From a virus (lineage: Duplodnaviria; Heunggongvirae; Uroviricota; Caudoviricetes), in the IMG/VR virus record IMGVR_UViG_3300037467_000752: a stretch of 64,000 bases of DNA. One strand, 5' to 3'. Below are positions 36,601-46,163 of this stretch, one piece after another. The position numbers and the translations under genes are program-made. How positions within the stretch are numbered: position 1 is the stretch's first letter; each line of letters starts with the position of its first letter. The notes beneath the pieces were generated by a model that saw only the letters and a program-made list of their open reading frames with translations, ran no database searches and was not told the origin of the DNA.

Positions 36601-39600
36601 GACATCTGTACTCAGCACAGTCGATGCCGTCATTTCCTCATTACCCGCCACAGTCGCCGAAGTCACAGCTTGGGTGAAGAAGATTTTGCGAATCATCGAC
36701 TCGTAGGCCAGAGCCATTTCCATTGTGCGGTAGGTCTTCTCCAGCGCCGACAACACCTTGTAGCCTGTCGTTCCTTCCTTGAAGAAGCTCTTGGCAGCAC
36801 CAGCCATGTTCGCATAGGACTTCATTTGGCTTTGAGCAAGGTCCGATTGGGCTTGCTGTTCAACCTTCAGCGCCTTTGCGTTGTCGCCCTTAGCACGAAG
36901 CTCATTAACAATTCGCAGAGAATCCGCGTATTGCGTTTGCGCTTGCACCAGCCCGGACATAGCCGTGACCATGCCACCGATGGCCGTACCAGCAGAACCG
37001 AAGGTGTCTGTAAGAGTTTGACCGAGAGTTTGAGACTGCTGTGTGAGCGTTTCCATGTCCTTCACGAGGCCACGGCTCATACCGCCTTCGGTTTGCTTAT
37101 CCAACTCACTCAGCGCGTTCGCGCGAGCGGTCATGGCCTTTTCGAAAGCTTCTTGCACTTCCTGCGTGACGTTGCCCTCAAGGACAGCGGCTTGGAAAGC
37201 AGCGTCAGCTTGTTGGCTGTAGAAGTCGATTGTCTTCAGCGTTGCTTGACGCCGCGCTTCAACCTTTTCTGTCTCCGATGTCAGGACGGATGCAACATCA
37301 TCCGCAAGCTGCTTCTCGTTGGAGTTGTACAGGTCAGAACCAATCTTGCCAAGCTCTTTGTAGGAACTACCAAGATCGTGCAGTGCAGCCGCAGCAAGAC
37401 GGGCGCTGATGATCGTGGCTTGAGTGCTGGGGTCAAGCTCGTTCTGTGCAATCTGCAATTGAGCAAGTTGCAATGCTGTCTGCTTGCCCTTACGGCCATA
37501 GTCCGCAACGGCATCGCCGGCCTCAACGAGACTACGAGCTTCAGTCATCAAATTATCTGTGGCCTTATTGAACTTCGCTGCACGCTCCTGAGCAACAGTC
37601 ACTTCCCCGATAGCTTTCGCAATCGCCATCAGACGGTTGTAGCGGTCAGAGCCTTCTTCCACGCCCCATTGCTTAAGTAGTGCGGCAGTTTCAGCTTCCA
37701 CAACGGAAGTGAACTTGCTGTGACCTGCGTTCGCTTCTGCAAGACTTGCCGTTTCCACAGCCATCTTCTTTTGCAAGGATTCTGTCAACTCACGGAGTGC
37801 AACTTCCTTGTCATACGCAAACTTGTTGGCGTCAGCTTCAGCGGCTGCGTTCAATAGTTGTTGTTTTGTGGACTCAGAAATGGCATGTGCATACTTAGGC
37901 TCCAGCAGCAAGGCTTGCATACGCGCGGCATTGGAGTCAGCAACCACACGGGAGCCAATGGCTTCACTTTGCACGAGAGCATCAGTTTTAGCCTTGTACG
38001 CTGCGGCAGATTCATGCAACGATGCGATTTCACTCGCAATAGTGTTTTGCACGGTCTTGCTGCCTTTCACGGCCAGTTGACCGTCCTTCGCGTCCGCAAG
38101 AGCCTTAGCGCGGGCCGCTTCAGCTTGCGCAGCTTGGATCGCAGCTTGGGTGCGGGCCTCAGAACGGTTACGCGAGATAGCAATTTCCACGGCGGCCATT
38201 TGCTGATCTGCCGTGGCAGTGGCTTGCTGGAGATTGCGCATAGCGGCATCCAGTTCAACCTTGGCACGCACGCGACTGTAGCTTTGCTCGCCGTTGATCG
38301 AGAACCGACCGGGCGCAGCATCATCGTAGTTCTTTTGAGCTTCTTTGACCTTTGCTTGTGCAGCTTCGATGGCGGCTTGCTTGTTCTTCTCAGCCAACGC
38401 CAGAGCTTCACGCTCCGTTGCCGTAGCACTAGCTTCGCGGGCAGTTTTACCTTCCAACATCAGGCGGTTAACTTCTGCCATACGCTCTGCCTCCTTAGTA
38501 AGAGACTTCGCATACTCGTCCAATGTTGTCAACGCAGCACGTTGCTTCGTGTCATTCTGGTCATCCTTCTGTGTATTGTAATAAGCCCATGCAGCACCAG
38601 CCGCCAGCAATACAATACCGATGACACCCAACGAAGCTTGGAATGCGATAGCGCCAAGCCGGGCCGCAATCATGGCTTCGTTCAGGGCGACGAACGCCGT
38701 AGAGATAGACTTGATAGTTTCGATGACGAACATCGCGCTCTTGAACGCGAGGATTGCCGTCACGATGGCAGTCAGCTTGCCAATGTTGTCAGCCAACACA
38801 ACAGCCAAGTCAGCCAGCGACGTTGCAATGGACTGAATAGCTGTCTTGAACGTGTCAGACTGGAAGATTTCCTTCAGACGTGCCGAGAACACCAGCAACT
38901 GCGGCTGGATGCCATCGAACGCTGCCACAAAGGAAGTGCTGAGGGTATTCTTAACAGACTTGAATTGGTTCTCCACTGTCAGCGACATTTGCGCAGCACC
39001 GAGTGCCGTAAAGGCGTAGGAATCCGCGATACGATCCCGGAAATCCTTCAGCGCATTGCCAGCATCGTCCGTCTTCTTACGGTACATGTCCAACACTTCA
39101 ACAAGCGTCTTCAGTCCGCGCTCGTTCGCCAGTGCATCCATAGCCAGCTTCTGGTTTGCCGGGGAAAGCTGGTTCAGCCCGTCTGAAAGCTTACCAACTA
39201 CGGTTACCATGTCGAGGAAGTTGCCGTTCGCATCCTTCAGGTCTTTTTGGCTCAAGCCAATCGACTTGAACACGTTTTGCACCTTGTCTGCATTGGATGC
39301 TAATTCCTTGTAGAAGTTCTTCAGCGAAGTACCTGCAGCGGAACCTTGGATACCAAGCTGCGACAGGGCGGCGAGTCCAGTACCGATGTCCACCAGCGAA
39401 GCACCATACAGTTTGCCAACAGCGGACGCCGACTTAAAGGCTTCAGACAGAGATTCAACCGACGACATCGACACAGCCGCCGTTTTGGCGATCACGTCAC
39501 CCACGCGACCAAAACCTTCAGCGGTGTACCCCAGCGAGGTAGAAACCTGCACGAGCGTGCCAGCGGCCTTCTCAATCGAAGTACCGCCCACTGTAGCGAG

Positions 39601-40299
39601 GTTCAGCGCATCTCGAACGCCCGCCATAGCCTGCTTGGCGTTTAGGCCAGCGAGGATGAGGGTTTCAAGCGCCTTGGCGACTTCCTGTGGCCCGTACATG
39701 CCTTTGCCAAGCTCCATGACGGTAGCACGTAGTGCATCAATCGAGGCATAGGATTCTTCACCCTTCACGCGGATACCTTCCAGCGTGTTTTCAACATCCT
39801 TGCCCTGCTTCACGATGGCCGCAAAAGAAGCGCCCACGGCAATGCCCAGCGCCATCGGAACGGCACGGCCATACGTCACCCACAGTGCACCCAGCGAACC
39901 AGCGAGCCCACGGGCCATAGCATGGGCATCCTTCATGGCATCGGTGTGCGTGCGAATGGCACGAGTTTGATTCTGGATAGCGGGAGTGACCGCATTGAAG
40001 CTTGTCGTCAACTTGCCCACGGCAGAGGCGAGGGTAGCCATCGCTTGCGTGAGGGCCGTGGTCGTCGCGTTGTGACCTCCAACTTGACGATTGGCGTTCG
40101 CAACAGCTTGTTGATAGGCAATAGCGGACGCTGAACCTTTTGTAAAGGCTTGGGAAAGTTTTTCAACAGACGCTGTGAGTGTGGTGACGCGACGGTCGGC
40201 CTTACCAGCTTCCACGAACAGCTTGTTTAGCTCTGTACTGGTTTCCTTAATGCCTGTGGACCGTACCTCGACTGCGAGGGTGCTGACATCAATGCTCAT
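33628..40299 (-). CDS. Tail tape measure protein (2223 aa)
   Basis: Very long Ala/Gln/Lys-rich coiled-coil protein with internal hydrophobic segments. Located immediately downstream of the chaperone G/GT pair. Confidence 0.85.
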   Translation of the reverse strand: MSIDVSTLAVEVRSTGIKETSTELNKLFVEAGKADRRVTTLTASVEKLSQAFTKGSASAIAYQQAVANANRQVGGHNATTTALTQAMATLASAVGKLTTSFNAVTPAIQNQTRAIRTHTDAMKDAHAMARGLAGSLGALWVTYGRAVPMALGIAVGASFAAIVKQGKDVENTLEGIRVKGEESYASIDALRATVMELGKGMYGPQEVAKALETLILAGLNAKQAMAGVRDALNLATVGGTSIEKAAGTLVQVSTSLGYTAEGFGRVGDVIAKTAAVSMSSVESLSEAFKSASAVGKLYGASLVDIGTGLAALSQLGIQGSAAGTSLKNFYKELASNADKVQNVFKSIGLSQKDLKDANGNFLDMVTVVGKLSDGLNQLSPANQKLAMDALANERGLKTLVEVLDMYRKKTDDAGNALKDFRDRIADSYAFTALGAAQMSLTVENQFKSVKNTLSTSFVAAFDGIQPQLLVFSARLKEIFQSDTFKTAIQSIATSLADLAVVLADNIGKLTAIVTAILAFKSAMFVIETIKSISTAFVALNEAMIAARLGAIAFQASLGVIGIVLLAAGAAWAYYNTQKDDQNDTKQRAALTTLDEYAKSLTKEAERMAEVNRLMLEGKTAREASATATEREALALAEKNKQAAIEAAQAKVKEAQKNYDDAAPGRFSINGEQSYSRVRAKVELDAAMRNLQQATATADQQMAAVEIAISRNRSEARTQAAIQAAQAEAARAKALADAKDGQLAVKGSKTVQNTIASEIASLHESAAAYKAKTDALVQSEAIGSRVVADSNAARMQALLLEPKYAHAISESTKQQLLNAAAEADANKFAYDKEVALRELTESLQKKMAVETASLAEANAGHSKFTSVVEAETAALLKQWGVEEGSDRYNRLMAIAKAIGEVTVAQERAAKFNKATDNLMTEARSLVEAGDAVADYGRKGKQTALQLAQLQIAQNELDPSTQATIISARLAAAALHDLGSSYKELGKIGSDLYNSNEKQLADDVASVLTSETEKVEARRQATLKTIDFYSQQADAAFQAAVLEGNVTQEVQEAFEKAMTARANALSELDKQTEGGMSRGLVKDMETLTQQSQTLGQTLTDTFGSAGTAIGGMVTAMSGLVQAQTQYADSLRIVNELRAKGDNAKALKVEQQAQSDLAQSQMKSYANMAGAAKSFFKEGTTGYKVLSALEKTYRTMEMALAYESMIRKIFFTQAVTSATVAGNEEMTASTVLSTDVEVQAAFAKSMANAGVAVTNQGGGDPYTAFARIAAMAAIMAALGFAVGGSGASVDVAKERQAVQGTGTVLGDESAKSESLSKALDILSNNSSIELTHSSQMLVQLRGINNGIAGMAATVSSTAGLRGTSADLMKIGVGSSKSFLGFSKSSTELQDSGISFDRIALSTPQPLTDADGNPMFQARGGSLVAPTRAQTLGDVLSGGINAQGYADIHKESSSFFGLFSDSSNESQMSALDPALKEGMARTLVSMFNSVLEAGTQFGVNRDVAENLLKALNLDELGLTKISLKGLSGADVQKELEAAFSKAGDVMAEAVMPGLKEFQKVGEGYFETIVRVSSGVEKGQYVLEQLGIQAVAYSDIQNKQGDVSAELVRDSIVAAEGFNSNIGDIVETLQGSADDIAGVYKQLTTLRNQFNQTGLNGSNLSVDTIRGAGGLDALSTGMSDFVDNFFTDAEKNSMLKQTLTDQFHALGLELPKTKEEFKALVISLDDGTAAGDALVGKLLTLSGTFSDLTDTTKTLADTAKETADKTLSAALDGLKRSVDAEKKRLTGIYNAQVEAIKKQADLATKAEQAKLKPAQQVLKDAQSIFDAIQSAIKSTVVETQALDIARRKEAQNLLAGAVKAGNLSDVAGFKDALTNVSKPSEGFFSTLEDYQRDQARTSMLLASLSGKSKGEVDKAQLTIDAINDTIDAIKQTSEDQLKALADSHQADLDRLDAIVDAAQSQIDALNGIDTSVKSISTALANFQTALSAAFVAHGLPAVGATGSTTSAGGGAGGSGITTNNFGNGAISKISSPGTFAPGFDSSGGYAVGDGSTYVNAERVAQIGSSLNNEVAYTNAFLAQYGKLPDLVKGAATSLTVEQWAAMSPDDIQTMVNQTAGEAMGATFTQDQVATITGLVPKFAVGTNDVPEDMLAQIHTGERIIPAADNVELMRRLKSPDESAQAQKDLKDAIEDLKSIIKDGDLANVQKTKDLYKIFQRWDSDGMPVTRTE

Positions 40300-40311
40300 T
40301 TGTGTTTACCT

Positions 40312-40809
40312 TTATTTTCTCTTGAATGTCGCGAGAACACTCATCACCTTGGCTGCAACTGCCTCCCGCACTTCTTCAGTAGGAATTTCAATCACAGCTT
40401 GATACGGAGCTTTGCGGAGCCTGTCCGAGGCACGCGCGTATTCAGCACAATAGGCTTCGCTCATCTTCCTAATCACACGGAGTTCCCACGGTGTGACACT
40501 TGCCTGTGTGCATTTCACAAAGGCTTCAATCTCTTGCCAGCTAAGAGGTATAAGTCCCATCCCTGTTTGCGTAGCAACACCCGCAGAATGAAAAAGAGCC
40601 ACAAGATACTCAGCCCCCGCTGGTATTTCAGGGTACGGAATCTCTTGTGGCTCTGTCGGTTCTGCAGCGTCTGGATTTTCTTCGTCAACCGGGACAGGCT
40701 GACGCATACGTTCCAGACGGCTAATCTTATCCCCTTCGGGAACTGCGGCAAGCCATGCGGTTTGCCGAGCGTGAAGGATTAGCTGGTCTTCTACGCTTAG
40801 ATGAAATTT
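40312..40809 (-). CDS. Tail assembly chaperone T-like extension, reachable by a -1 frameshift from the G frame (G-T fusion)
   Basis: Slippery A_AAT_TTC lies at 40803-40809 (minus strand), just before the G stop. The -1 frame stays open into MRQPVPVDEENPD...KRK. This frame also has its own ATG at 40707. Confidence 0.45.
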   Translation of the reverse strand, partial: KFHLSVEDQLILHARQTAWLAAVPEGDKISRLERMRQPVPVDEENPDAAEPTEPQEIPYPEIPAGAEYLVALFHSAGVATQTGMGLIPLSWQEIEAFVKCTQASVTPWELRVIRKMSEAYCAEYARASDRLRKAPYQAVIEIPTEEVREAVAAKVMSVLATFKRK

Positions 40810-41189
40810 GCCACGTCCCCGAGGGCTTCATCCACCTGAGACTTGACCCACGAGAAGGAGTCGTTCGTGTACAGGTCGCGGATGGTTTCTTCGTTGTCAG
40901 CCGCCGCACCGTTCACGGAGAGATTGTTGAACTTCTGTGTGCAGGCTACGAGCAGGGCAACGCCTTCTTCACGCATCACTTCCGCGCTGGCTTGCTTCTT
41001 GCCACGCTTCAGTTGCCGGTTTTGCATCGCGTTGATGGCAGCGCGGTATTGTTTGGAGCTTGTGCCATAGAGCACGGCTTCCACGGGTTGAGTCTTGGCC
41101 TCGTCCGCGAACAGAAGTTCGTCGCTGACAGGGTGACGGAGTTGCACGGTCACGGAGTCACGGATGGCGAGAGTGTTGATGTCAAACAT
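40797..41189 (-). CDS. Tail assembly chaperone (gpG-like)
   Basis: 130-aa ORF immediately upstream of the tape measure gene. Ends at a slippery heptamer. Confidence 0.5.
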   Translation of the reverse strand: MFDINTLAIRDSVTVQLRHPVSDELLFADEAKTQPVEAVLYGTSSKQYRAAINAMQNRQLKRGKKQASAEVMREEGVALLVACTQKFNNLSVNGAAADNEETIRDLYTNDSFSWVKSQVDEALGDVANFI

Positions 41190-41321
41190 GGTAGAGATTC
41201 CTTTTCTTTGGTTTGGTTGAGGGTTGGAGTCGAATGCTCCATTGGGTTAAGATGCTATGCACCTTTCTAAGCCAATCCTGTGAGCCAGCTTAGAAAGAGG
41301 CACAAACCTCTTTCAGTGGGA

Positions 41322-41768
41322 TTAGACTTCCACGATGTCTTCTGTCACTTCCAGATCGACCGTTGCGGACGTGATCGTGTCCACCGAACCGATTTCAGTC
41401 GTGTACGACATGACTTCAGCTTGGAAGTAATTGATCGTGCCGTTCTGCAGCGTCACGCGGCAGGAGATACCAGCGTCCGATGCAAGACCCGTCAGGATAA
41501 TCGCTTGACCGGCGTTCGCAGGGACGCGAGCCATCTTGACAGACAGCGTACCGTTGTTGTACGAGCCCTTACGCTTGACGGTCTTACGATCATCAATGGG
41601 GTTATGCGAGACGAGGTTGTACTTCTTGCCGTAGGAGCCGAGGTCCACAACTTCGCCAACCTTCGTCCACGCAAGAGCCGTAAAGCCCGCCGCGTCGTTG
41701 GTAGCAGGGAGGGACGCAGACACGTACAGTGTGGTGCCAGCGGAAGTAAATGCTTGAGAGACTGCCAT
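41322..41768 (-). CDS. Major tail (tube) protein candidate
   Basis: 148-aa beta-rich protein directly upstream of the chaperones, the typical position and size for a siphovirus tube protein. Confidence 0.45.
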   Translation of the reverse strand: MAVSQAFTSAGTTLYVSASLPATNDAAGFTALAWTKVGEVVDLGSYGKKYNLVSHNPIDDRKTVKRKGSYNNGTLSVKMARVPANAGQAIILTGLASDAGISCRVTLQNGTINYFQAEVMSYTTEIGSVDTITSATVDLEVTEDIVEV

Positions 41769-41801
41769 TATGTTTCCTTAGAGAGTTTGTTGGCGGTTGG
41801 T

Positions 41802-42146
41802 TTAGTAGACGATGTGGGCAGTGACGCCAACGCCGCCAGTGACAGCCACGGTGCCTTGCAGGAACGCGGCAATAGAATCGAGGTTCACGTAGACTGTGCT
41901 AGAGGCCGGGACCACGATGGCCTTGCCTGCAGACACGTCCACGGTTCCGCCGAAGCCGGAAGGGGAGATAGTTGTAGAACCCGAGCCGTCAATCGTGACG
42001 GTCACAGGAGACGCTGTGGTGTTGAACAGTTCCAGCATCGCGCCGGGCGTATACACCAGAGTGTCGGAAGCAGACAACACTGTGCGAGTGATTGTTGTCG
42101 GCCCACTTGTTGCCTTGTTGAAGGCTGTTTGAGCAATGACTGCCAT
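41802..42146 (-). CDS. Hypothetical structural protein (Ig-like, Thr/Ser/Gly-rich)
   Basis: Location in the head-tail region. Composition only. Confidence 0.4.
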   Translation of the reverse strand: MAVIAQTAFNKATSGPTTITRTVLSASDTLVYTPGAMLELFNTTASPVTVTIDGSGSTTISPSGFGGTVDVSAGKAIVVPASSTVYVNLDSIAAFLQGTVAVTGGVGVTAHIVY

Positions 42147-42199
42147 TTAGTTTCCTTTGAAGAAAAGATAGAATTGGGCGGATTGCCCTTCGGTACTGC

Positions 42200-42595
42200 T
42201 TACCGCTCTTGTCGATAGCTGAAAGAAACCGGAGTTACGAAGAAACCATCCGTCCGGTTGAATCCGCCACTGACGTTTGCGGGACGCTCGATGGAAACAG
42301 TTCCAGTCTTCGGCAGCACAGGAAAGAGGGCACGTAGCGCCGCTATCAAGTCTGTAGCCTTCTTCGACCCAGTGTTCTGAGGAACACAGATATTTATTTG
42401 GAAGATGCCTGTTTCACGCTCCCGTTCAGCCGCTACGTCAGGGTTGACAACAGCGGGTGTAAGGAAGAAAATTTGCAAGTAAGACCCTGTGGTAGGTTTG
42501 GCGAAGTCTTTGTTCTCGTATGCCACAGGGATAGGCGGAACCTGCGAAGCAGCCCATGCGTCTAGCTTCGATTCGATTTCAGTCCTGAGACTCAT
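42200..42595 (-). CDS. Tail terminator or tail completion protein candidate
   Basis: Position between the head-tail connectors and the tail tube gene. About 130 aa. Confidence 0.4.
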   Translation of the reverse strand: MSLRTEIESKLDAWAASQVPPIPVAYENKDFAKPTTGSYLQIFFLTPAVVNPDVAAERERETGIFQINICVPQNTGSKKATDLIAALRALFPVLPKTGTVSIERPANVSGGFNRTDGFFVTPVSFSYRQER

Positions 42596-42604
42596 GCACG
42601 CTCC

Positions 42605-43072
42605 TTAAGGCTGGCGGGGGCCGACAAACGGACCCACGCTATGCTTGTATTTCGCTGCTACCTGCGTTAGACTGACGCGCATAAAGCCCGCAGGGGCTTT
42701 ACGTTCGCTCCAGCCTTCGTATTCGATACGGTAGGCGTAGGGGACGCTCGTGCTGAATGAAAGGAAGCCGTCTTTCCCGTAGAACGTACCAGCATCCTTC
42801 TCGTCGCGGATGCGGCTGATTGAGCCGGAACCCGTCTTGTCGGAGTGGGGTTGGTAGTCACTTTGACCTTCAGCGTCTACGACCGTTTGCACGGTGTAGT
42901 TGTAGCTGTTAGAGGCAGGCCAGAAGTCGTTAATCAGGTTGCCGCGTAAGACCGGGCAGTTGTAGACGACCGTTTGGGCTAGATCTGTGAAGATGGCAAA
43001 ACATGCCACATCCACTTCCTTCTTCACCCTGTCGATGTTCCGCTGTAGGCTTGCTAGGAAACTACCAGCCAT
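42605..43072 (-). CDS. Head-tail joining protein candidate (HK97 gp10-like)
   Basis: Position and size only. Confidence 0.4.
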   Translation of the reverse strand: MAGSFLASLQRNIDRVKKEVDVACFAIFTDLAQTVVYNCPVLRGNLINDFWPASNSYNYTVQTVVDAEGQSDYQPHSDKTGSGSISRIRDEKDAGTFYGKDGFLSFSTSVPYAYRIEYEGWSERKAPAGFMRVSLTQVAAKYKHSVGPFVGPRQP

Positions 43073-43123
43073 AGCGTTATTTCACTTTCAGGATTATAGC
43101 ACCAAAGCTGCTGTTGTCAAGGC

Positions 43124-43495
43124 TTACGCCCTTACCAGCAGTTCGATAAGCGTGTTGTCTGCGGTTGTGGGATTGGTTTCCTTGTAGGTAACAACCTTGT
43201 ACCGCTTGTCTCCCAGCACCACGAAGTCACGTTCAGCCCGCAGCCGGGGAACGTCCGCTGTGGGCTGGAGGAACACCTGTTTGTCGCCCACTTGCACCAA
43301 TGTGCCGGGCGCAGTCTGTGCGCCATTCGATTGCAGGGTGAAGTCAAACACCATGCCGGGCACGATGTACTGTGTTTCCACGGGGACGCTTTCGGATGTC
43401 GCTGGGTTGTACACAGCGTCACCACAGACGATCACGGTCAGCGTCGTGCCATACCGAGTCATCATGTTTTGCACTACGCGCTTAAAAGAATCCAT
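43124..43495 (-). CDS. Head-tail connector or head closure protein candidate
   Basis: ATG at 43495 lies within the longer ORF call. Overlaps the upstream gene by 14 nt. Confidence 0.4.
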   Translation of the reverse strand: MDSFKRVVQNMMTRYGTTLTVIVCGDAVYNPATSESVPVETQYIVPGMVFDFTLQSNGAQTAPGTLVQVGDKQVFLQPTADVPRLRAERDFVVLGDKRYKVVTYKETNPTTADNTLIELLVRA

Positions 43496-43916
43496 ACGGG
43501 TCCATTCCCCGCACAGCCTGCAAGTGCGTTTGCTCCGACGCTGTACCGCCGATGTACATCTTGTTCCAGTCGTCCCGGAACTGCAACAGCGGGTGTGTAG
43601 CGTCAAGTTCAGCCCCATACGGCAGCGGGGCTACTTCCATCATGTTCGGATTCAAGATCGTAGTCTTGAGGAACTTTACGTAGTTATCCACGTACTGATT
43701 GCCGTACACTTCAAGCTGGGCCATCTTCTCGTGCACGCGCATGGTGAGCGTAGCGAGGATGTATTGCGCCATCAGCTTAGAAGCACGAAGTACATTGTTA
43801 TCGCAATCATTCAACGTTGCGATGTAGACTGCATCGGGGAAGATTGGCAAGTCCAGGAAGTCGCCCACGCGAAGCCGTACTTTGCCTAGGTTGGTTGTCG
43901 GGTCGATTGTGGGCAT
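43482..43916 (-). CDS. Head-tail adaptor candidate
   Basis: Position downstream of the capsid genes. Confidence 0.4.
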   Translation of the reverse strand: MPTIDPTTNLGKVRLRVGDFLDLPIFPDAVYIATLNDCDNNVLRASKLMAQYILATLTMRVHEKMAQLEVYGNQYVDNYVKFLKTTILNPNMMEVAPLPYGAELDATHPLLQFRDDWNKMYIGGTASEQTHLQAVRGMDPYGFF

Positions 43917-43928
43917 GTCTTCCTCCTA

Positions 43929-44594
43929 TTACGCCTGCCAAGCAGTGAAGCCCGCAGGTAGAGCCGCAGCGAAGGCGCTGCCGCCAGCATTGAGAGTTAC
44001 CACCGCAGCAGGATCACCACTGAACGTAGAAACCAGCACAAGCGGGGATAGCGGTGTGTGCGGAGTGAACGTGAACGCTTCTCCAGTGCCCGCGCCCGGG
44101 TTTCCAGCATAGCCGCCTGCCGCTGTGCCGAACCACATCTTTCCAGCGTCGAAATCGACAGCCACGGTCACAACATCACCATCCGTATACGTTGGCCCTG
44201 TAACAGGACCGGAGACATCGTTATGGTAAGTAGTTCCATCGAAAGGCAGGTAGGCCCAACTGTTCGCATCTTGTCCTGCGTAGCTCGTTGTCTCTGTGCC
44301 GTCCAAGCTCTGCGTACAAATACCCAACTGCATATCTATCGTCGCAGCAATGGCACTCAATTCATAAACGCGCTTGCCTGTGGATTGGAATGGTGATGCA
44401 ATAGCTTTCGGGAAGGAACCGATGTTCTGCGGTATGGTAACGGTAAGCCCGCCGTTTGAAATCACAGCCCCGGCTGCGTGGTTAGTTGCGTCCCAAGTCA
44501 CCATTGCGGGGGCAGGAGCTTGAGCAACGCCCTGCGGATTCTTCAGCACTTCCAGAGTAAAGAATGCCGAGAATGTAGTGTTAAAGTAACTCAC
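43929..44594 (-). CDS. SPRY/concanavalin-like domain protein (structural accessory)
   Basis: Segment VAVDFDAGKMWFGTAAGGYAG resembles the SPRY core. Located between the major capsid gene and the connector genes. Confidence 0.4.
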   Translation of the reverse strand: MSYFNTTFSAFFTLEVLKNPQGVAQAPAPAMVTWDATNHAAGAVISNGGLTVTIPQNIGSFPKAIASPFQSTGKRVYELSAIAATIDMQLGICTQSLDGTETTSYAGQDANSWAYLPFDGTTYHNDVSGPVTGPTYTDGDVVTVAVDFDAGKMWFGTAAGGYAGNPGAGTGEAFTFTPHTPLSPLVLVSTFSGDPAAVVTLNAGGSAFAAALPAGFTAWQA

Positions 44595-44655
44595 GTTGTT
44601 TTCTCCTTATCTGTTATTCATCGTAGGTCTACTCAGACCACAGCAAACCCACCAT

Positions 44656-44679
44656 GAATAACAGCCCCCGAAGGGGCTG
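44656..44679 (-). terminator. Hairpin attenuator after the major capsid gene
   Basis: On the minus strand the stem is CAGCCCC-UUCG-GGGGCUG, followed by UUAUUCAU (weak U-tract). Confidence 0.35.
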
Positions 44680-44695
44680 CGGAAGCATCGAAGGA

Positions 44696-45709
44696 TTAGT
44701 TCGATGTCGTGAATTCGATCACCATCGCGGGACGCAGGAGCGCGTTCACGAAGTTGGATTCGGATTCGATGTCGATGCGCGTGCCGTTGGGTGCAGGCGT
44801 TTCGAACATGTAGACTTGTTCGCCCAGTGTGTTCACCAGACCGAAACGGTTGGCAGGGGAGAAGTAAGTCTTGAAGATGTCCGAGCCAGTGGGCACGAGA
44901 TATGCCTTGTTGGCCGGGATCAGACGGTTGCCAGCCAGCGTGTCGCGCATTTCCACGAAACGTGTGCCGCCGTGGATGAACTCACGGTGCAGAGTGCCTG
45001 CGCCGCCGAGGCGTTGACGCAAGGGCTCTTGCGTGGACGTGTAGTACGTATACGCAGACTTAACGTTAGCGTGAGCGATCAGCTTGGCGAAGAACTCAGG
45101 CGATGTGAGGACCACAGTACCCGAGAAGCTTGCGCCGCCCGTGTTGTCCTGCATGTGCGCCAGACCCTGTTCGATACAGGCAATGATGTCCGTCGTGCTG
45201 GTGCCGAGGGTGAAGTCCACCGACAGGCGCGTCACGCCGAACTCAGTGTTCCAGTCCTGCGTCACAGTGCCCGAAGGAGCGTACACCGTGCCAGCCGTGA
45301 TAACTTGAGCACGTGCCACTTCCAACGTCCATGCGTGGTTCTGGCGGATGCGCTCCATCTTGCGAGTACGCACGGCTTCCAGCGTTTCCGCTTCCGAGGC
45401 GCTGCCATAAGCACGCTTGCCTTGAATGTCTTGCGGGCTGATGTAGTCGTCATACGGGAAGTGGGGCACGGCGAAGACGTGCAGCTTGCGGCTGGCGTCC
45501 TTACCTTGCGTTGCACGATCACCACGCACGCGGTCCACGATCAGAGCACCGTCACGAGTGATTTCCTCAAACGTCACGGTGTGTTCAGCCACCGATTCGG
45601 TAGCGAAGATGCCAAGTTGGCCGATGGTGCCCCACTGGTTGGGGACCACGTTGATTTCTTCAGTCCAGTCAGTGACTTCGAAACCGTTGCCGAAACTACG
45701 GATAATCAT
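44696..45709 (-). CDS. Major capsid protein (lambda gpE-like fold family)
   Basis: 337 aa. Preceded by decoration, scaffold and protease genes in the canonical order. Strong attenuator downstream. Confidence 0.7.
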   Translation of the reverse strand: MIIRSFGNGFEVTDWTEEINVVPNQWGTIGQLGIFATESVAEHTVTFEEITRDGALIVDRVRGDRATQGKDASRKLHVFAVPHFPYDDYISPQDIQGKRAYGSASEAETLEAVRTRKMERIRQNHAWTLEVARAQVITAGTVYAPSGTVTQDWNTEFGVTRLSVDFTLGTSTTDIIACIEQGLAHMQDNTGGASFSGTVVLTSPEFFAKLIAHANVKSAYTYYTSTQEPLRQRLGGAGTLHREFIHGGTRFVEMRDTLAGNRLIPANKAYLVPTGSDIFKTYFSPANRFGLVNTLGEQVYMFETPAPNGTRIDIESESNFVNALLRPAMVIEFTTSN

Positions 45710-45746
45710 TTGTTGTTTCCTTTTTGGGTTAGGTTACTGCTTTGAA

Positions 45747-46163
45747 TTAGGCAGCGGATTCGCACAGGATGCCAAGCGCCTTAAGGGCGTCGTACACAGC
45801 TTGCTTCTCTGCATCGAGGTTCGTGCCAGCACCCATCGTGAGAGCGTCTTTCGACACGATCACCGGGCCGCGAGTGAGAACCAACACCTTCGTGTCAGTG
45901 GCGTTCGCCAGAGTGATGTCACCCGAGAGGCCAGCCGAATCGGCAATCAGCACAGCGGCAGCGTTTTGCGAACCATCGGCTGCAGCGGCGTCTTGCACCT
46001 TATATTTGCCAGTAGCAGTGACCTTGCCGAGCACCGTACCGACCTTGAGGGTCTGAGCAGCGTCGTTCACAGTCACAACATCGCGGCAGTAGCCCAGTTG
46101 CGGTTCATATTCGTGCTTCACAACGGCGCTGAAGCGAGTGGAGTCAGTTGCAATGACAGTCAT
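45747..46163 (-). CDS. Head decoration protein candidate (gpD-like)
   Basis: 138-aa protein between the scaffold and the major capsid gene. Confidence 0.45.
   Translation of the reverse strand: MTVIATDSTRFSAVVKHEYEPQLGYCRDVVTVNDAAQTLKVGTVLGKVTATGKYKVQDAAAADGSQNAAAVLIADSAGLSGDITLANATDTKVLVLTRGPVIVSKDALTMGAGTNLDAEKQAVYDALKALGILCESAA

Noticed and set aside
36292-39186. Plus-strand ORFs of 462 and 442 aa inside the tape measure gene
   Set aside because: They are antisense to an unambiguous 2223-aa tape measure frame. Their Cys/Arg/His-rich translations have no domain signature.
40707-40707. Treating 40312-40707 as an independent gene only
   Set aside because: The -1 frame is open from the slippery heptamer at the end of the G-like ORF straight through this ATG. 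This fits the conserved G/GT frameshift and not two unrelated genes.
44654-45745. 363-aa plus-strand ORF overlapping the major capsid gene
   Set aside because: Antisense to the capsid gene, which sits in canonical order between the decoration and SPRY genes. Arg/His/Val-rich junk translation.
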